NCBI RefSeq assembly: GCF_001194135.2
Contig: NC_068986.1
Coordinates: 114,282,467-114,346,460, forward strand
Direction: 5' to 3'
Origin: Octopus bimaculoides
Taxonomy: Eukaryota
DNA: 63,994 nucleotides
The translations under genes were made by a program, and so were the position numbers. The notes beneath the pieces were generated by a model that saw nothing but the letters and a program-made list of their open reading frames with translations, searched no databases and was not told where the DNA came from. Positions within the stretch are counted from its first letter, which is position 1; every line of letters starts with the position of its first letter. Positions 1 to 13,150 of the stretch are shown in pieces.

Positions 1-465
1 ATATATATATATATATATTATATATATACATACAGAGAGGAGAGAGAAACAGAGAGAGAGAGGGAGACAGAGACATATATGTAATGTATGTATGTATGTA
101 TGTATGTATGTATAATAGCCAGAAAGGAGAAAGAAAAATATTAATTAATGTCAGTGCCAGCAGATATGTGTAAATGAAGATGTTAGCCAAGTCCAAAGTA
201 TGAAAATAGCACAAGCTCTGATCACGGAGAGCAACTTACTGGCAAAGTGCCACAGACTTGTCTGTTGGACATTAAATTAAACCAGGCCTCAATGGCAGCG
301 GGTGAAACTTTCACAGGGGTTCAAAGTTCATGAGTGTATACAGCCAAACAACAACTTCAAGAAAACTATGTGTGTGTATACGCATACACGCATGCATTTA
401 TGCAGATGTATACATCTGCATATACATATAGATATATATATATACACACACATAGTTATATATAT

Positions 466-536
<71 letters not shown>

Positions 537-555
537 GTGTGTGTGTGTGTATATG
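1..555. repeat. Compound microsatellites (TA)n, (AG)n, (TATG)n, (TG)n
   Basis: Directly visible at 1-112 and ~370-555; explains the YIYI/CVCV-type ORFs at 302-556. Confidence 0.9.
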
Positions 556-1099
556 ATATGCATAAGAAATAAACTTGACAAAATTGGGTCGATTATTTCA
601 GATAAATATTAGTGAATGTGATGATTAAATGATTGTTTTAAAACTGCGTGTTAATTAAAATCGTATTAATAACCTTATTAAAAGCTACAGTGGTTCATTA
701 GCTAGGCAATGACCTCGAATTTTGTATCTGGTGTCTAAACCCGAAGCCAATGGCTGAGCTGCCATGTAATCCCTTGATCGACAAGAAATAGAAGCTAAAT
801 ATCCCTGAAATTGCACCGTAATGCCTTTAAAATGAAAGGATACATTCTGCAATGACTTCCAGAGAAAATGAATGTGTGATGTTCACGATTGAAATGTTTT
901 GGGTATTGAGTCTGCTTAATCAGGGCCTTTGTTGCATCACGTAGTAATATTAGACAAAGAGGCAGCCTTTATGTCGTCAGCAGACATGGTAGAAATAGCA
1001 ACCAAATCTCCTCAAATTACATACTATCGTCTGGAGAAGACCACACAATAGATGAATAGATAACTGTCCTCATCTTCATCACAAGCATCGTATGCCTGC

Positions 1100-1580
1100 A
1101 GGGCATTGATGACACTACACCGAAAGTCTTCCCGATGAGGTGTGAGTTCTCCAGATCTTCTTGCCACTCTTGTTCAACCAGCTCTTGATATTGTCCATCC
1201 ATTGCGTTCTTTGCCTGCCTCTTGATCAACTAACTACGTTCTACTTTTCTTTCCATATTGTTTCCTGAACATCTGCTTCTCCAAATATGGTCATAATCGA
1301 TGAGCTTTTATTTTTTTCCCAATGTTCAGGAGTTGTCGTCTTTCACTTACTTATTGTAACACCTATTCGTTTGCCTGATGCTTCTTGTGAGAGACTTTTA
1401 ACATTCTCCTATAAAACGCACACCACAAACGCATTGATTATGTTCTCTTCAAATGTGTTCTGAGTCCATGCTTCGCAAGTATAAACGTCTACTGGCCAAT
1501 TGAGCGATCGCACTAACTTTGTTTTTAACTAAGTTGAAACACTTTTGCTATTCCAAATAATACTGCCCCAGATACTACCA
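1100..1580 (-). mobile_element. RTE-clade LINE remnant, region C-terminal to the RT core
   Basis: Minus-strand translation with stops/frameshifts: IWNSKSVST*LKTKLVRSLNWPVDVYTCEAWT...FYRRMLKVS...RGRQRTQWMDNIKSW, matching the RTE pattern (..Y.CE.W..AFE..C.RR.L..W; RGR...W.D). Confidence 0.75.
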
Positions 1581-1691
1581 AAACAAGTGGCGATGTTCCT
1601 GGATGGATTGGTTCATTGGGAATGATATGGAGCTAAGTTGTAATAATATAAAGAAGACATTATATTACTTGGGTATCCATATGTAGTCGTG

Positions 1692-1880
1692 GTCAGTCGA
1701 CTAGCGAGAAATAGCAACTGAATTTATGACCCCTTACTGTCCTTAAGAAGGGGATAATGGATAACGGAAACACATCGTTTAAATTTGAAAATTAAATAAC
1801 AGGGTGGTCATTTGCTGGGATATCATTGATAATAAGCCTGCTGGACCGGAATTGACCTGCGGTCAAACAACAAACGCAAC
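1692..1880 (+). mobile_element. Interspersed SINE/LINE-tail repeat (AGAAATAGCA-type family)
   Basis: Same diverged motif (agaaatagc..aaat.tccctcaaa...ggataatg...caaacaac) recurs at ~770-930, ~21975-22030, ~57225-57260 and inverted at ~24050-24195 and ~61860-61990. Confidence 0.55.
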
Positions 1881-2137
1881 AGAGGATACCGCTTTACTGG
1901 GTCAAGACTAACAGTCTAGACTCAGTAAGGCGGTCTCCTTTGTAGTGAAGGAGTGAAGGAGTTAATCTGAGGCAAGAAGGGTTAAAATGTCTTGTCTAAT
2001 GACGAAACGATCCCAATGCAAACATCTTGATATGTGTGTCGGTTAATTAACTGAATACTTCGGTTTATTACTTAAATACATTTAATCCGATTTTAGTTTG
2101 AAGTATTATCATTAAGATTGATTCAAACTGAAGAAAG

Positions 2138-2202
<65 letters not shown>

Positions 2203-2215
2203 GTGATGGTGGGGG

Positions 2216-2249
<34 letters not shown>

Positions 2250-2307
2250 AAGAAGAAGAAGAAGAAGAAGAAGAAGAAGAAGAAGAAGAAGAAGAAGAAG
2301 AAGAAGA
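2138..2307. repeat. (GAT)n followed by (AAG)n microsatellites
   Basis: Directly visible; source of the poly-D/K/M/R/S/H/F ORFs. Confidence 0.97.
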
Positions 2308-3783
2308 ATCCAATATTTAACAAGACGAAAAGATCAACATGAAAGTGATGTTTGTAAAGTGTTGAGTGTGAAAGAACGTGTAGTGACTGGTTGGACGTTG
2401 TTCACAGTCAGTTGATGGGTTCGACGTGTATTTGGATAACGGCAGACATGGAAACCTATTTTCATAAGTCTCGTGTATCTCGATAGCAGGTGTACACTGT
2501 TATTGGAGGCCCCTACGATCACTGAGTATGCATTTGATGAAATAAAATCCAATGACACTCCTACACTGAGCAGCTCGCTATCACTGAGTGGTCCTTTATA
2601 AGGGGGGGGGGGGTCAATTATTATTATTATTTGTACGTATCAGTCATGTCTGTTCCCGTTCTCAGTCGAGGTACACCGCAAATGGCAGCTGACGGTGCAA
2701 GTATTTTTCAAGACAACATGGCAGCGAGTGTTGTTGTTACTACGGTTTAAACCTAGGATAATCCTGATCGAACAAACGTGTGGTCACAGGAATTGTAGCT
2801 CGGATCCTCGCATGTTTTAGTGGCCCAACCACAAAGGACTAAATTATCCAAAGACTCTTTCATTTTTCCAAGACGATAAAGTGGCTGTTATTGCTAGCAA
2901 TTCCATTGACCACGTAGTGCCTGTCTCGTTGTTTCATGTTAGTTTTTGCCCCTTGGTCAACTTTGGTCGAGCAGACATATTTATCAAAACCTTTTCAAAC
3001 GTAACTATCAAGTCAGTCAAATGTATTTTTCGTTATCTAATGCAGTTTTTCGTTTTAAAATCATTATAATGTGATTTGAATAAGATTTAGCTTCTAGTTT
3101 TAACGAGTCGGTCTGTTGATTGGTTCCAGTTTTAACGTAGAGGCTCTCGGCTGAATCTTTCTTCCACGTGTGCAACAGTTGGTCAATCTGTCCAGTACCA
3201 CCAGTCTTACTCGCTTTCTTGCCAAGATAACTTTGGTTTCGACAGTCAGCCGGACATCAATGCCTCACTAGATTACGTCCGACCATATGTCATTTGGTTA
3301 TCACAGATAACGATAGTGTCACCATTACTGTTCCTTGTGGATCTCTGTGACACCAGCCTGTTAACAGAGCACTTTTTTCACCTGTTGTCATGTCTCGTCC
3401 TTAAGTTTTCAAATTTCTTTTTTGAGATCATATGGAATGAAACTTACTCCGGCTAGGATGAAGCTGATGTATGCCATATTTCACTTTGACCGTTCCTTAA
3501 TAATAAATTCCTCAGCTAATGAAGCAATCTCATTTGTGGACATGCCTTCGCTATGCACCTTTCTTTCAGTAAATTCAACCTGCTTCATAACTTCTGTTTT
3601 GCTATATTTTTTTATTCAGTTATTTTTTTACCTAAATCCTTTCGTAGACTGAAAATGCATTTGTTTGGAAAATATAGAAAACAAAAGACAAAAATGAAAG
3701 CTTTTCATCCAGTAATAATACCTGACAATAAACTAATTTTCTCGAAGCAATCTAAAACGCGTCTTTTCACTCAGAAACATAGG

Positions 3784-3810
3784 AATAATAATAATAATAA
3801 CAATAATAAC

Positions 3811-3858
<48 letters not shown>
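3784..3858. repeat. (AAT)n array at the 5' junction of an R4-like element
   Basis: Directly visible. Confidence 0.95.
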
Positions 3859-3859
<1 letters not shown>

Positions 3860-4653
3860 TAATGAGCTATTTTATGCCTTTTCTAAAGTGGACAAAGGTA
3901 AAGATACTGGAATTAGATATGAGACCTAGGAAGCTGCTCATAATGCACAATGTGCATCACCCTAAAAGTAATATCGACAAGCTCTTATTAGCAACAAAAG
4001 AAGCATGTAGAGGTTTGTTACACGCAGAAGACGCCATTAATACCGCAGTATTGGGTTTGAGAAACAATACAGAAAGGAAAAAACGTTGTGCATAATTATG
4101 AAAGAATATTGTTAGCAAGCAGAAATATCCAAAATGCTACTGAATCAGTGGACGAATTCAAGAACAGAAGGAAGAGCAGCAAGACAAATAGTGGGTAAGA
4201 GAAGGAATTATATAGCCTGTATATGTAACAAATCGAGGATGTCGGAAGTGGAGAAAGCTGGTTGTGATTGGAAGATGGAAAGCTGAAAAGACAGAATGAA
4301 TCCCTAATTACAGCCGCTCAGGAACATGCCATTAGAATAAACTTGGTAAAGACAAAGACCGATAAAACTATGAGAGTAAATGAAGAATCTGTGGAATAGG
4401 AGAGGAAAGTATTAAGCATCTAAGTCAGCGTCTCGCAACCGAGGTTTCCTGGAACCCTAGGGTTCCGCAAAAGGTTCCTGGGAATTCTGAGAGAAAGAGT
4501 GAGATAAGCTAACGCTAATTTCATGATTGTAATATCACTATACATGCACAACATATTATTGGTTATTGTAATATTGTAATATAGACATCATCCTATCTAA
4601 CCCTATAATGTTATCAAAAAAATGCAACAACCATATATATACATATATATATA

Positions 4654-4708
<55 letters not shown>

Positions 4709-4835
4709 NNNNNNNNNNNNNNNNNNNNNNNNNNNNNNNNNNNNNNNNNNNNNNNNNNNNNNNNNNNNNNNNNNNNNNNNNNNNNNNNNNNNNNNNNNNN
4801 NNNNNNNNNNNNNNNNNNNNNNNNNNNNNNNNNNN

Positions 4836-4892
<57 letters not shown>

Positions 4893-5617
4893 ATATATAT
4901 GATACGTGATCTACGATGAGAAAATATGGGATAGACGTGGTATATAATTTTTTTGTGCAGGTCTTCCTTGAGACATGTAATTTACTTTAATGGTTACGCA
5001 AGGATAAAACAGGTTGAGAAACACTGATCTAAGTGAATGCAGTAAGCTAGCAGAAAAATGGTATAAGCGCAGACATGACTGTATCGATAAAAGAAGGCAC
5101 TTGGATGTTAGCTGTGTTTGTGAATTCGTAGTTACAGGAAAATGGTAAGAACAAGTGCCAAAGGTTGTGACTGTGAATGATGGCTAGAAGATTTTATGAG
5201 ATTTCTCATAAAAACCAGCCGTACTACTGAAGAAAGGAGATTACACATTATCGTAGAAATAGGAAAAAAATCAAACTGTAAAATCATAGACTTTGTTATA
5301 CCATGTGTTAATAGAGCAGATATCGGAGAAATCGAGAAATTTGAGAAATATCAAGAACTGGCCAAAAAGAGGAAGTGTTTGTGGATGATAAAGTTGACAA
5401 TTATTCCTGTGGTAACTGGTGCCCCTGGCAAAATACTCAAACTACTATTTAAGAAGTTGAAGGCTATTGGACTCGAAATACGCATTGTCGACCAGCAGAA
5501 AAGTGTAATCCTATATTCTGTAAGAAACCTAGGAAAGATTCTTGAAATTTGAGGAGACTTTTCACCAAACCTCAAGATAACTTCCCTAACGATTAAATAA
5601 GTATGTAATTGCTTTTA
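3859..5617 (+). mobile_element. 5'-truncated R4/Dong-clade non-LTR retrotransposon (post-RT region, Zn knuckle, RLE), interrupted by a hAT MITE
   Basis: W...ELDMRPRKLL.MHNVHHPKSNIDKL...CRGL..AED; LKRQNESLITAAQEHAIR; ESIKHLS|ECSKLAEKWYKRRHD rejoins across the MITE; RLE DFVIP...EIEKFEKYQELA...IIPVVTGAPG; short 3' UTR ending in (AAT)n. Confidence 0.88.
4426..5026. mobile_element. hAT-type MITE with 15-bp imperfect TIRs and 8-bp TSD
   Basis: Left end CAGCGTCTCGCAACC; right end reverse-complements to CAGTGTTTCTCAACC (12/15); TSD ATCTAAGT at 4418-4425 and 5027-5034. Confidence 0.88.
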
Positions 5618-5660
<43 letters not shown>

Positions 5661-5662
<2 letters not shown>

Positions 5663-6000
5663 CCGACAGAACGATCCAGGCTGATCGACCAGAAATGGTC
5701 ATTAAAGACGGGGAATAAAATACTTGTAGACTAATAGATGTAAGTATTCCCACTAAAAAAATATATCTGTCAAGGAAATTAACAAACTAAGTAAATATAA
5801 GGACCTGGAAATTGGAATACAAAAGATCTGGCATCTTAAAACGAGAACTGTTCCTGTTATTGTGGGTGTCCTAGGTATCAAAAAAAAAGGGATATCAAAA
5901 ACATCTAGATAATATCCCAGGAGAACCATGTCTCAGAGAAACCTAAAAAATTGTGTTGACAAGTACTGCCCACATCCTTAGAAAAAGCCTATCAATATAA
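5661..6000 (+). mobile_element. Second R4/Dong-like 3' fragment (RLE endonuclease)
   Basis: TDRTIQADRPEMVIKD...CRLIDVSIP...KEINKLSKYKDLEI...IWHLKTRTVPVIVGVLG; starts immediately after the (AAT)n at 5618-5660. Confidence 0.82.
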
Positions 6001-6189
6001 ATGTCTGTGTTGTATTACATGAAGATATTTTACTATTGCCCCAGCCACTTACCCTCCCCAAGCTATCAGTCGTAAACATCTCTTATCCTTCACTCGCACT
6101 CGGACAATACGTACGAAGGCATGCATGTAAATGTATGTGTGTGCGCGCACGAGTAATCAAGTATGCTTGTATGTATGCATTTATGTATC

Positions 6190-6240
<51 letters not shown>

Positions 6241-6644
6241 NNNNNNNNNNNNNNNNNNNNNNNNNNNNNNNNNNNNNNNNNNNNNNNNNNNNNNNNNNNN
6301 NNNNNNNNNNNNNNNNNNNNNNNNNNNNNNNNNNNNNNNNNNNNNNNNNNNNNNNNNNNNNNNNNNNNNNNNNNNNNNNNNNNNNNNNNNNNNNNNNNNN
6401 NNNNNNNNNNNNNNNNNNNNNNNNNNNNNNNNNNNNNNNNNNNNNNNNNNNNNNNNNNNNNNNNNNNNNNNNNNNNNNNNNNNNNNNNNNNNNNNNNNNN
6501 NNNNNNNNNNNNNNNNNNNNNNNNNNNNNNNNNNNNNNNNNNNNNNNNNNNNNNNNNNNNNNNNNNNNNNNNNNNNNNNNNNNNNNNNNNNNNNNNNNNN
6601 NNNNNNNNNNNNNNNNNNNNNNNNNNNNNNNNNNNNNNNNNNNN

Positions 6645-6698
<54 letters not shown>

Positions 6699-6788
6699 TA
6701 TATGGATGTATGTATTTATATACGTGTGTGCGTGTATTACATATATATGTGTGTAGATACACACACACACATATACACATATACACAC

Positions 6789-6832
<44 letters not shown>

Positions 6833-6948
6833 GGATAGACAGGTGGTTTGAAATAGATATAGATACATATGTAATTATATATGTATCTATTCATAGATAT
6901 ATATACCTATGTTTATGTATACACATATCTACAAATAAGTATATATAT

Positions 6949-6997
<49 letters not shown>

Positions 6998-7446
6998 CAT
7001 ACATATATATACATATATATATNNNNNNNNNNNNNNNNNNNNNNNNNNNNNNNNNNNNNNNNNNNNNNNNNNNNNNNNNNNNNNNNNNNNNNNNNNNNNN
7101 NNNNNNNNNNNNNNNNNNNNNNNNNNNNNNNNNNNNNNNNNNNNNNNNNNNNNNNNNNNNNNNNNNNNNNNNNNNNNNNNNNNNNNNNNNNNNNNNNNNN
7201 NNNNNNNNNNNNNNNNNNNNNNNNNNNNNNNNNNNNNNNNNNNNNNNNNNNNNNNNNNNNNNNNNNNNNNNNNNNNNNNNNNNNNNNNNNNNNNNNNNNN
7301 NNNNNNNNNNNNNNNNNNNATATTACATCTCATCGATATACCGATCTCATTTTATTACTGTATGGAATGTACAGACACACAGACAGGGTCAGCGAAGGAG
7401 AGAATAAGAATGAGGGTGTGTGAAGGGATGAGATAGTGAGTGGGAG

Positions 7447-7546
7447 AAGAAGAAGAAGAAGAAGAAGAAGAAGAAGAAGAAGAAGAAGAAGAAGAAGAAG
7501 AAGAAGAAGAAGAAGAAGAACAACAACAACAACAACAACAACAACA
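7447..7546. repeat. (GAA)n(CAA)n microsatellite
   Basis: Directly visible. Confidence 0.95.
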
Positions 7547-8099
7547 AGAGAAGTTGGAAGAAGGGAAGTAGTAGTGTTAGTAAAAAAAAAAGAAGGAAAG
7601 AATGAATGAATGAATGAATGAAAAGACGAACGAATGTGTAAGGAAGCGGAAAGGGAGAGAAGGAAAGAGAAAGGGAAGTGTGGAAAATAGAATGAGAATA
7701 GAAGAGGAAAAGGTAGAAAATAATAAACTACAAAGCTGTATAATCGTACAAAAAACATAGTTGACCCCGGCTGCAGTCAACTTGAGCACAAAAGGGAAGA
7801 AACTCCGTAAAGCATTTTGTCCGACGCACTAACAATTCTGCTAGTCTACCTCTGTTTACTAAATGAATATGGTTTCTCTTCGTATTTGTTTTTTTTTTTT
7901 TGTTTTTTACGAAGAGCAGGTGAAATCAGAGAGAAAATGAACCAACACGTATGCCAACAATTGCTCAAAATCTAGAGTGGTCTGACTAAAACAGCACAAA
8001 ACTAATGTTTGTCTGCAAAACATACACTGCAAAAAATACAGTGGGATAAAGGCAACCACAGACTATGGAAACACAGAAACAGTTGACAGCATCAAGTTT

Positions 8100-8500
8100 G
8101 GTTGTCAACTTGTTGTCAAGGCAGAATATACGAACCTTCAGAGATCAGCGAATGGGTAGTTTAGCAATTAATTAATAGGAAGGTCTTTCCACATTGATAG
8201 CAAAAAATAGTGGTCAAAGACCACATCAAATCTGATAAGTTAAAATGACAATCTGGAATGAGTTGGCATATTGTTTGTTGAGACTGACAAGAATATTTAA
8301 GCGAACTCTCAGATAGCATGACCAAAGATTGAAAAGAAAATCTATGAACTCTGATAGACATTAAAATCCAATCCCACTAAAATATCGCCCGAAAGGAAAT
8401 TAAAAAACTACCAAAGAACAAAAAGCTGCAACAGGCATAAGCAATATAAAGTGCGCAACAGCAAAACGAGTGCCATTACAGTACTGGGCTGGATAAAAGA
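8100..8500 (+). mobile_element. Possible highly decayed RTE-like LINE linker fragment
   Basis: VVKD...QEYLSEL and KKLPKNK-like words resemble the endonuclease-RT linker; several frameshifts are needed. Confidence 0.3.
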
Positions 8501-8650
8501 AAACTTAAAAGCATAAATGTTACAAGGGGCCACTAACTGTGTAAACAAACCAAAGCTATAACCGTATACGATTATCCTAATTCAGTATCACAACTCACAT
8601 AACACACATTCTACATAACATAACTTATAGATAATATTCTACACACCTAA

Positions 8651-8860
8651 GGCGGTTAGCAAGCCGGGCAAAATGCTTAGCGGTATTTCGTCTGCGGTTA
8701 CGTTCTGAGTTCAAATTCCACCGAGGTCCACTTTGCATTTCATCCTTTCGGGGTCGATAAAGTAAGTACCAGTTGCGTCCTGGGGTAGATGAAATCGACT
8801 TAATCTCCTTGTTTGTCCCCTTTATGTTTATCCCCTTGTGGACAATAAAGAAATAAGAAA
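8651..8860 (+). mobile_element. tRNA-derived SINE, family M (core GTTCAAATTCCRCCGAGGTCGACTTTGCCTTTCATCCTTTCGGGGTCGAT)
   Basis: Colinear with the copy at 12288-12518; B-box-like GAGTTCAAATTCC. Confidence 0.85.
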
Positions 8861-8864
8861 TGAA

Positions 8865-9190
8865 ATACTCTCCAGCCTTCATCAGGTGTCTTGGGGAAAT
8901 TTCGAATCTGGGTTCTCATTTCTAGGATATTTTTCGATGTTATTATTATTATTAATCGAACTCGGAATCTTGGGGTTAGTAGCGCGCGCCTTTAACCACT
9001 ACGCCATATGCCCGTGGGCAGTTGTGGAGTGAATTTTAGGGCTTATAAAAATACCTTAGGAATGAGAACCCAGGTTCGAAATTTCCCCAAGATACCTGAT
9101 GAAGGCTGGAGGGTATATCAGCCAGAACGTTGTGTTATCAACAAACAAAATGAGGACAAATATCCGTCAATTGTAAATAATGTAAATAAT
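8865..9190. mobile_element. Non-autonomous Penelope-like repeat: 70-bp inverted duplication, tRNA-like head on minus strand, degenerate hammerhead
   Basis: Arms 8865-8934 and 9047-9116 match 64/70. A-box TGGCGTAGTGG and truncated B-box GAGTTCGATT on minus strand at 8954-9013. CTGATGA-GGCTG/CAGCC stem followed by AGAACGTT (GAAAC mutated). Homologous to 20408-20600. Confidence 0.7.
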
Positions 9191-9229
9191 GAAACAGTGT
9201 TTGTTGAAATCCAGCATAGTTATTTGTGA

Positions 9230-9990
9230 GTCACGTGGTCGGGTGTCATCATGGTGGAATATTGATCCTTTCCGATTGACCAATTACTGGACGTAAATGT
9301 AGCCAAGCTTTGCTGCATTTTATCGATTTTCTGTGACAATTTAGTAAAGTTTTTAAAAAATATTTTAGTCATGGATAATTCCACTCCCCATCAAACAATG
9401 ACTATAACCATTTTTTGTGCAGCCTCGGTTTGGGAAAATACTTTGTTTGTTCGCTTCGGTCGATTTATTGTGCGGGATGGCGTCGGTCGTCGTATATGAT
9501 CCATTTATTTTCTTTACATGTCACACGATCAAGAAATGAATTGCTTTTGTTGCCCAGAAGTGCAGATCAAATTTCACAAAAAAATTAATTTTTCGTTCAC
9601 ATTGTCGAGTTTGTTGTTTTTGCTTTTTTGTTTGTTATTTTTTCATAAGTGACCGTTATTTGCGCTGATGTGATACAAATCCCGATCAAAGTATTAAATG
9701 GTCAATGCTGGATACTTTGTAACCTCTGGAGTTGTTTTCACATGGGTTCATTTCAATACTGACCTTCAGTTGGTCGTAGCCAATTATAGAAAGACCTCAG
9801 CGGTATTACCTCTCCTGTAAACCAATTTGGAACCAAGGTTAAGTTCTATGCTTATTGAAGCGTTGGTTCATATTGAAACGCTTTCCACTGCTTCTCGTTC
9901 CATTTTAAACTCACGAATACTATCACACGAATTTGCGTTCTTCCCTGTCCACTTTGACAGCATAAAACATACCAAGATACAATAATAGGT
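9230..9990 (-). mobile_element. mariner transposase remnant
   Basis: SFLDRVTCKENKWIIYDD (first catalytic-D region), FPKPRLHKK, LVNRKGSIFHHDDTRP (cf. HHDNARPH). Confidence 0.8.
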
Positions 9991-10581
9991 GAAAGCAAAA
10001 AAAAAGTCATCACAAACCGACCGAACTCGACATCTCCACTTCAAAATGACATATTACAATGAAAATAGTTAAATAGAAGTTTATTCCAAAATAAACCTCG
10101 AAGTTTAGAATAACAAAAGCAACAATTATTTTCGTTCTAACTTCACAGCGAGAATATTTGGGAAAGGATAAAGAAAAAGAAATACAAATCGGTACAAGTT
10201 ACGAAGGAAAACAAAACAAAAACTGCCTTCTTCGCTTAAACAAGCAAATACTAAACAAAGTTGAGGTATTACACAGAAAGAAGATAATGGACAAACAGCA
10301 ACAGGATCTGTAATGACCAAAACAAAATTATAACTAAATAAATTGAAAATGGGATTAGAAATTGTACTGCTAAAAAACGCTGGCAAGAAAATAGCCGAGA
10401 AGGACAACAATGCTTGTCATGTTTAATGAAAGTAGAAGCAAGTAAAAGAAAATACTCAGCCTTGCCAACATTTTATGTGGAGTACTTTTCAATATTATAT
10501 AAAACAGCAAAGGACCGAAAGCATATAGAGCTGCACTCGGTTTGCGTAATAAAAGCATACAAGAATAATAAGACTACTGCC

Positions 10582-10613
<32 letters not shown>

Positions 10614-10666
10614 AATAATATTAATAATAATAACAATAATAATAACAATAATAATAACAATAACAA

Positions 10667-11809
<1,143 letters not shown>

Positions 11810-11818
11810 GATAATAAC

Positions 11819-11853
<35 letters not shown>

Positions 11854-11879
11854 TAATAATAATAATAATAATAACAACA

Positions 11880-12660
11880 CTGATGCAGTAGCAGGCACTG
11901 TCTCTCGTGGCTTCTGATTTGAACTGATTGGAAGTGTCTTGGTATAAAAGAGGGGCTACAGCAAATATTCTGCTCGATGCTACTGATTTACTTGTCAGCT
12001 GTTTGACCTTAACCAGTTGATCATGTCCCTTAGTGGCTGACGATATGTGCATCTCTGATCATGAGCAGAAGTAGTGGGGGAACATCATAGCCATGCATTG
12101 AGAGGAATTCTTTGGGGTTTGAATAATTCACCTTTGGAAACATGGGTGTTTTGTTCAACATCCTTATTCAACAATTCTTATGCAAGACCTTTTGAGTGGG
12201 ATGGGTTACTCGACCTGAAGAAAATTCAAAATGGGCCCCACCTGCAAGGTCATGTACTGTTAATCTTGATATAAGGTCACCATGTCGGCGGCGAGCTGGC
12301 AGAAACGTTAGCACGCCGGGCGAAATGCTTAGCGGTATTTCGTCTGCCGCTACGTTCTGAGTTCAAATTCCGCCGAGGTCGACTTTGCCTTTCATCCTTT
12401 CGGGGTCGATTAAATAAGTACCAGTTACGCACTGGGGTCGATATAATCGACTTAATCCGTTTGTCTGTCCTTGTTTGTCCCCTCTGTGTGTAGCCCCTTG
12501 TGGGTAGTAAAGAAATAACACATATGGTTGTGATGCATGTGCCTGGTGAACCCTTATCAGACGGGTAGTCGTGGAGGGTATATTGGGTATATTGGGCTTC
12601 GTATATTTTACCCCAGTGTGACTTTGATGATATGCACTGCTCTCCCACTCAATAATACTA
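11880..12660 (+). mobile_element. LINE-3'-end-like repeat, interrupted by a family-M SINE
   Basis: 12205-12287 joined to 12519-12655 is colinear with the uninterrupted copy at ~20200-20420; ends in CACTCAATAAT. Confidence 0.7.
12288..12518 (+). mobile_element. Apparently full-length family-M tRNA-derived SINE
   Basis: GCGGCGAGCTGGCAGAAACGTTAGC...GAGTTCAAATTCC...AAAGAAATAA; the longest and least degraded copy in the window. Confidence 0.9.
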
Positions 12661-13150
12661 AAAACAACAACAAACAACGACAACAATAACAAGAAAAACA
12701 AAAATGGTAATAACGGTGATGACGACTATGGTGTTGGTGGTGGTGGTGGTGGTGGACCAAGTTCACCTACATCAGCAGCAGCAACAGCAACAGGAGCTGC
12801 GAAAGCAAGAAGAATTTTAACAACAACAACAACAACAAGAGTAACATAAACAGATCGTCTTCAGCAATCTCTACAAAATTCGTCAGTGTCAAAGGTCAAC
12901 CGAGAATAATTGATGAGTTACAAAAACTTGATTAACTTTTTTTAAACTATCAACAACAACGATGTCTTTGACGACGATGATGACAATGATGACGATGATG
13001 ATGATGAGATAATGACGACGGCGGCGGTGACGGTGATGACAGTGGTGGTGGTGATGATGATGATGAGGATGATGATGATGATGATGATGAACACAGCAAT
13101 AAGGACAGTGGAATCGAACCAAAGCAACAGCAGCAGCGGCCGCAGCAGCA
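12660..13150. repeat. Compound trinucleotide low-complexity field (CAA/GGT/GAT/CAG)
   Basis: Directly visible. Confidence 0.85.

Noticed and set aside
10130-10560. A-rich segment with a CxxC, reminiscent of a piggyBac cysteine-rich tail
   Set aside because: Only one CxxC, many stops, and no TIR or TTAA evidence.
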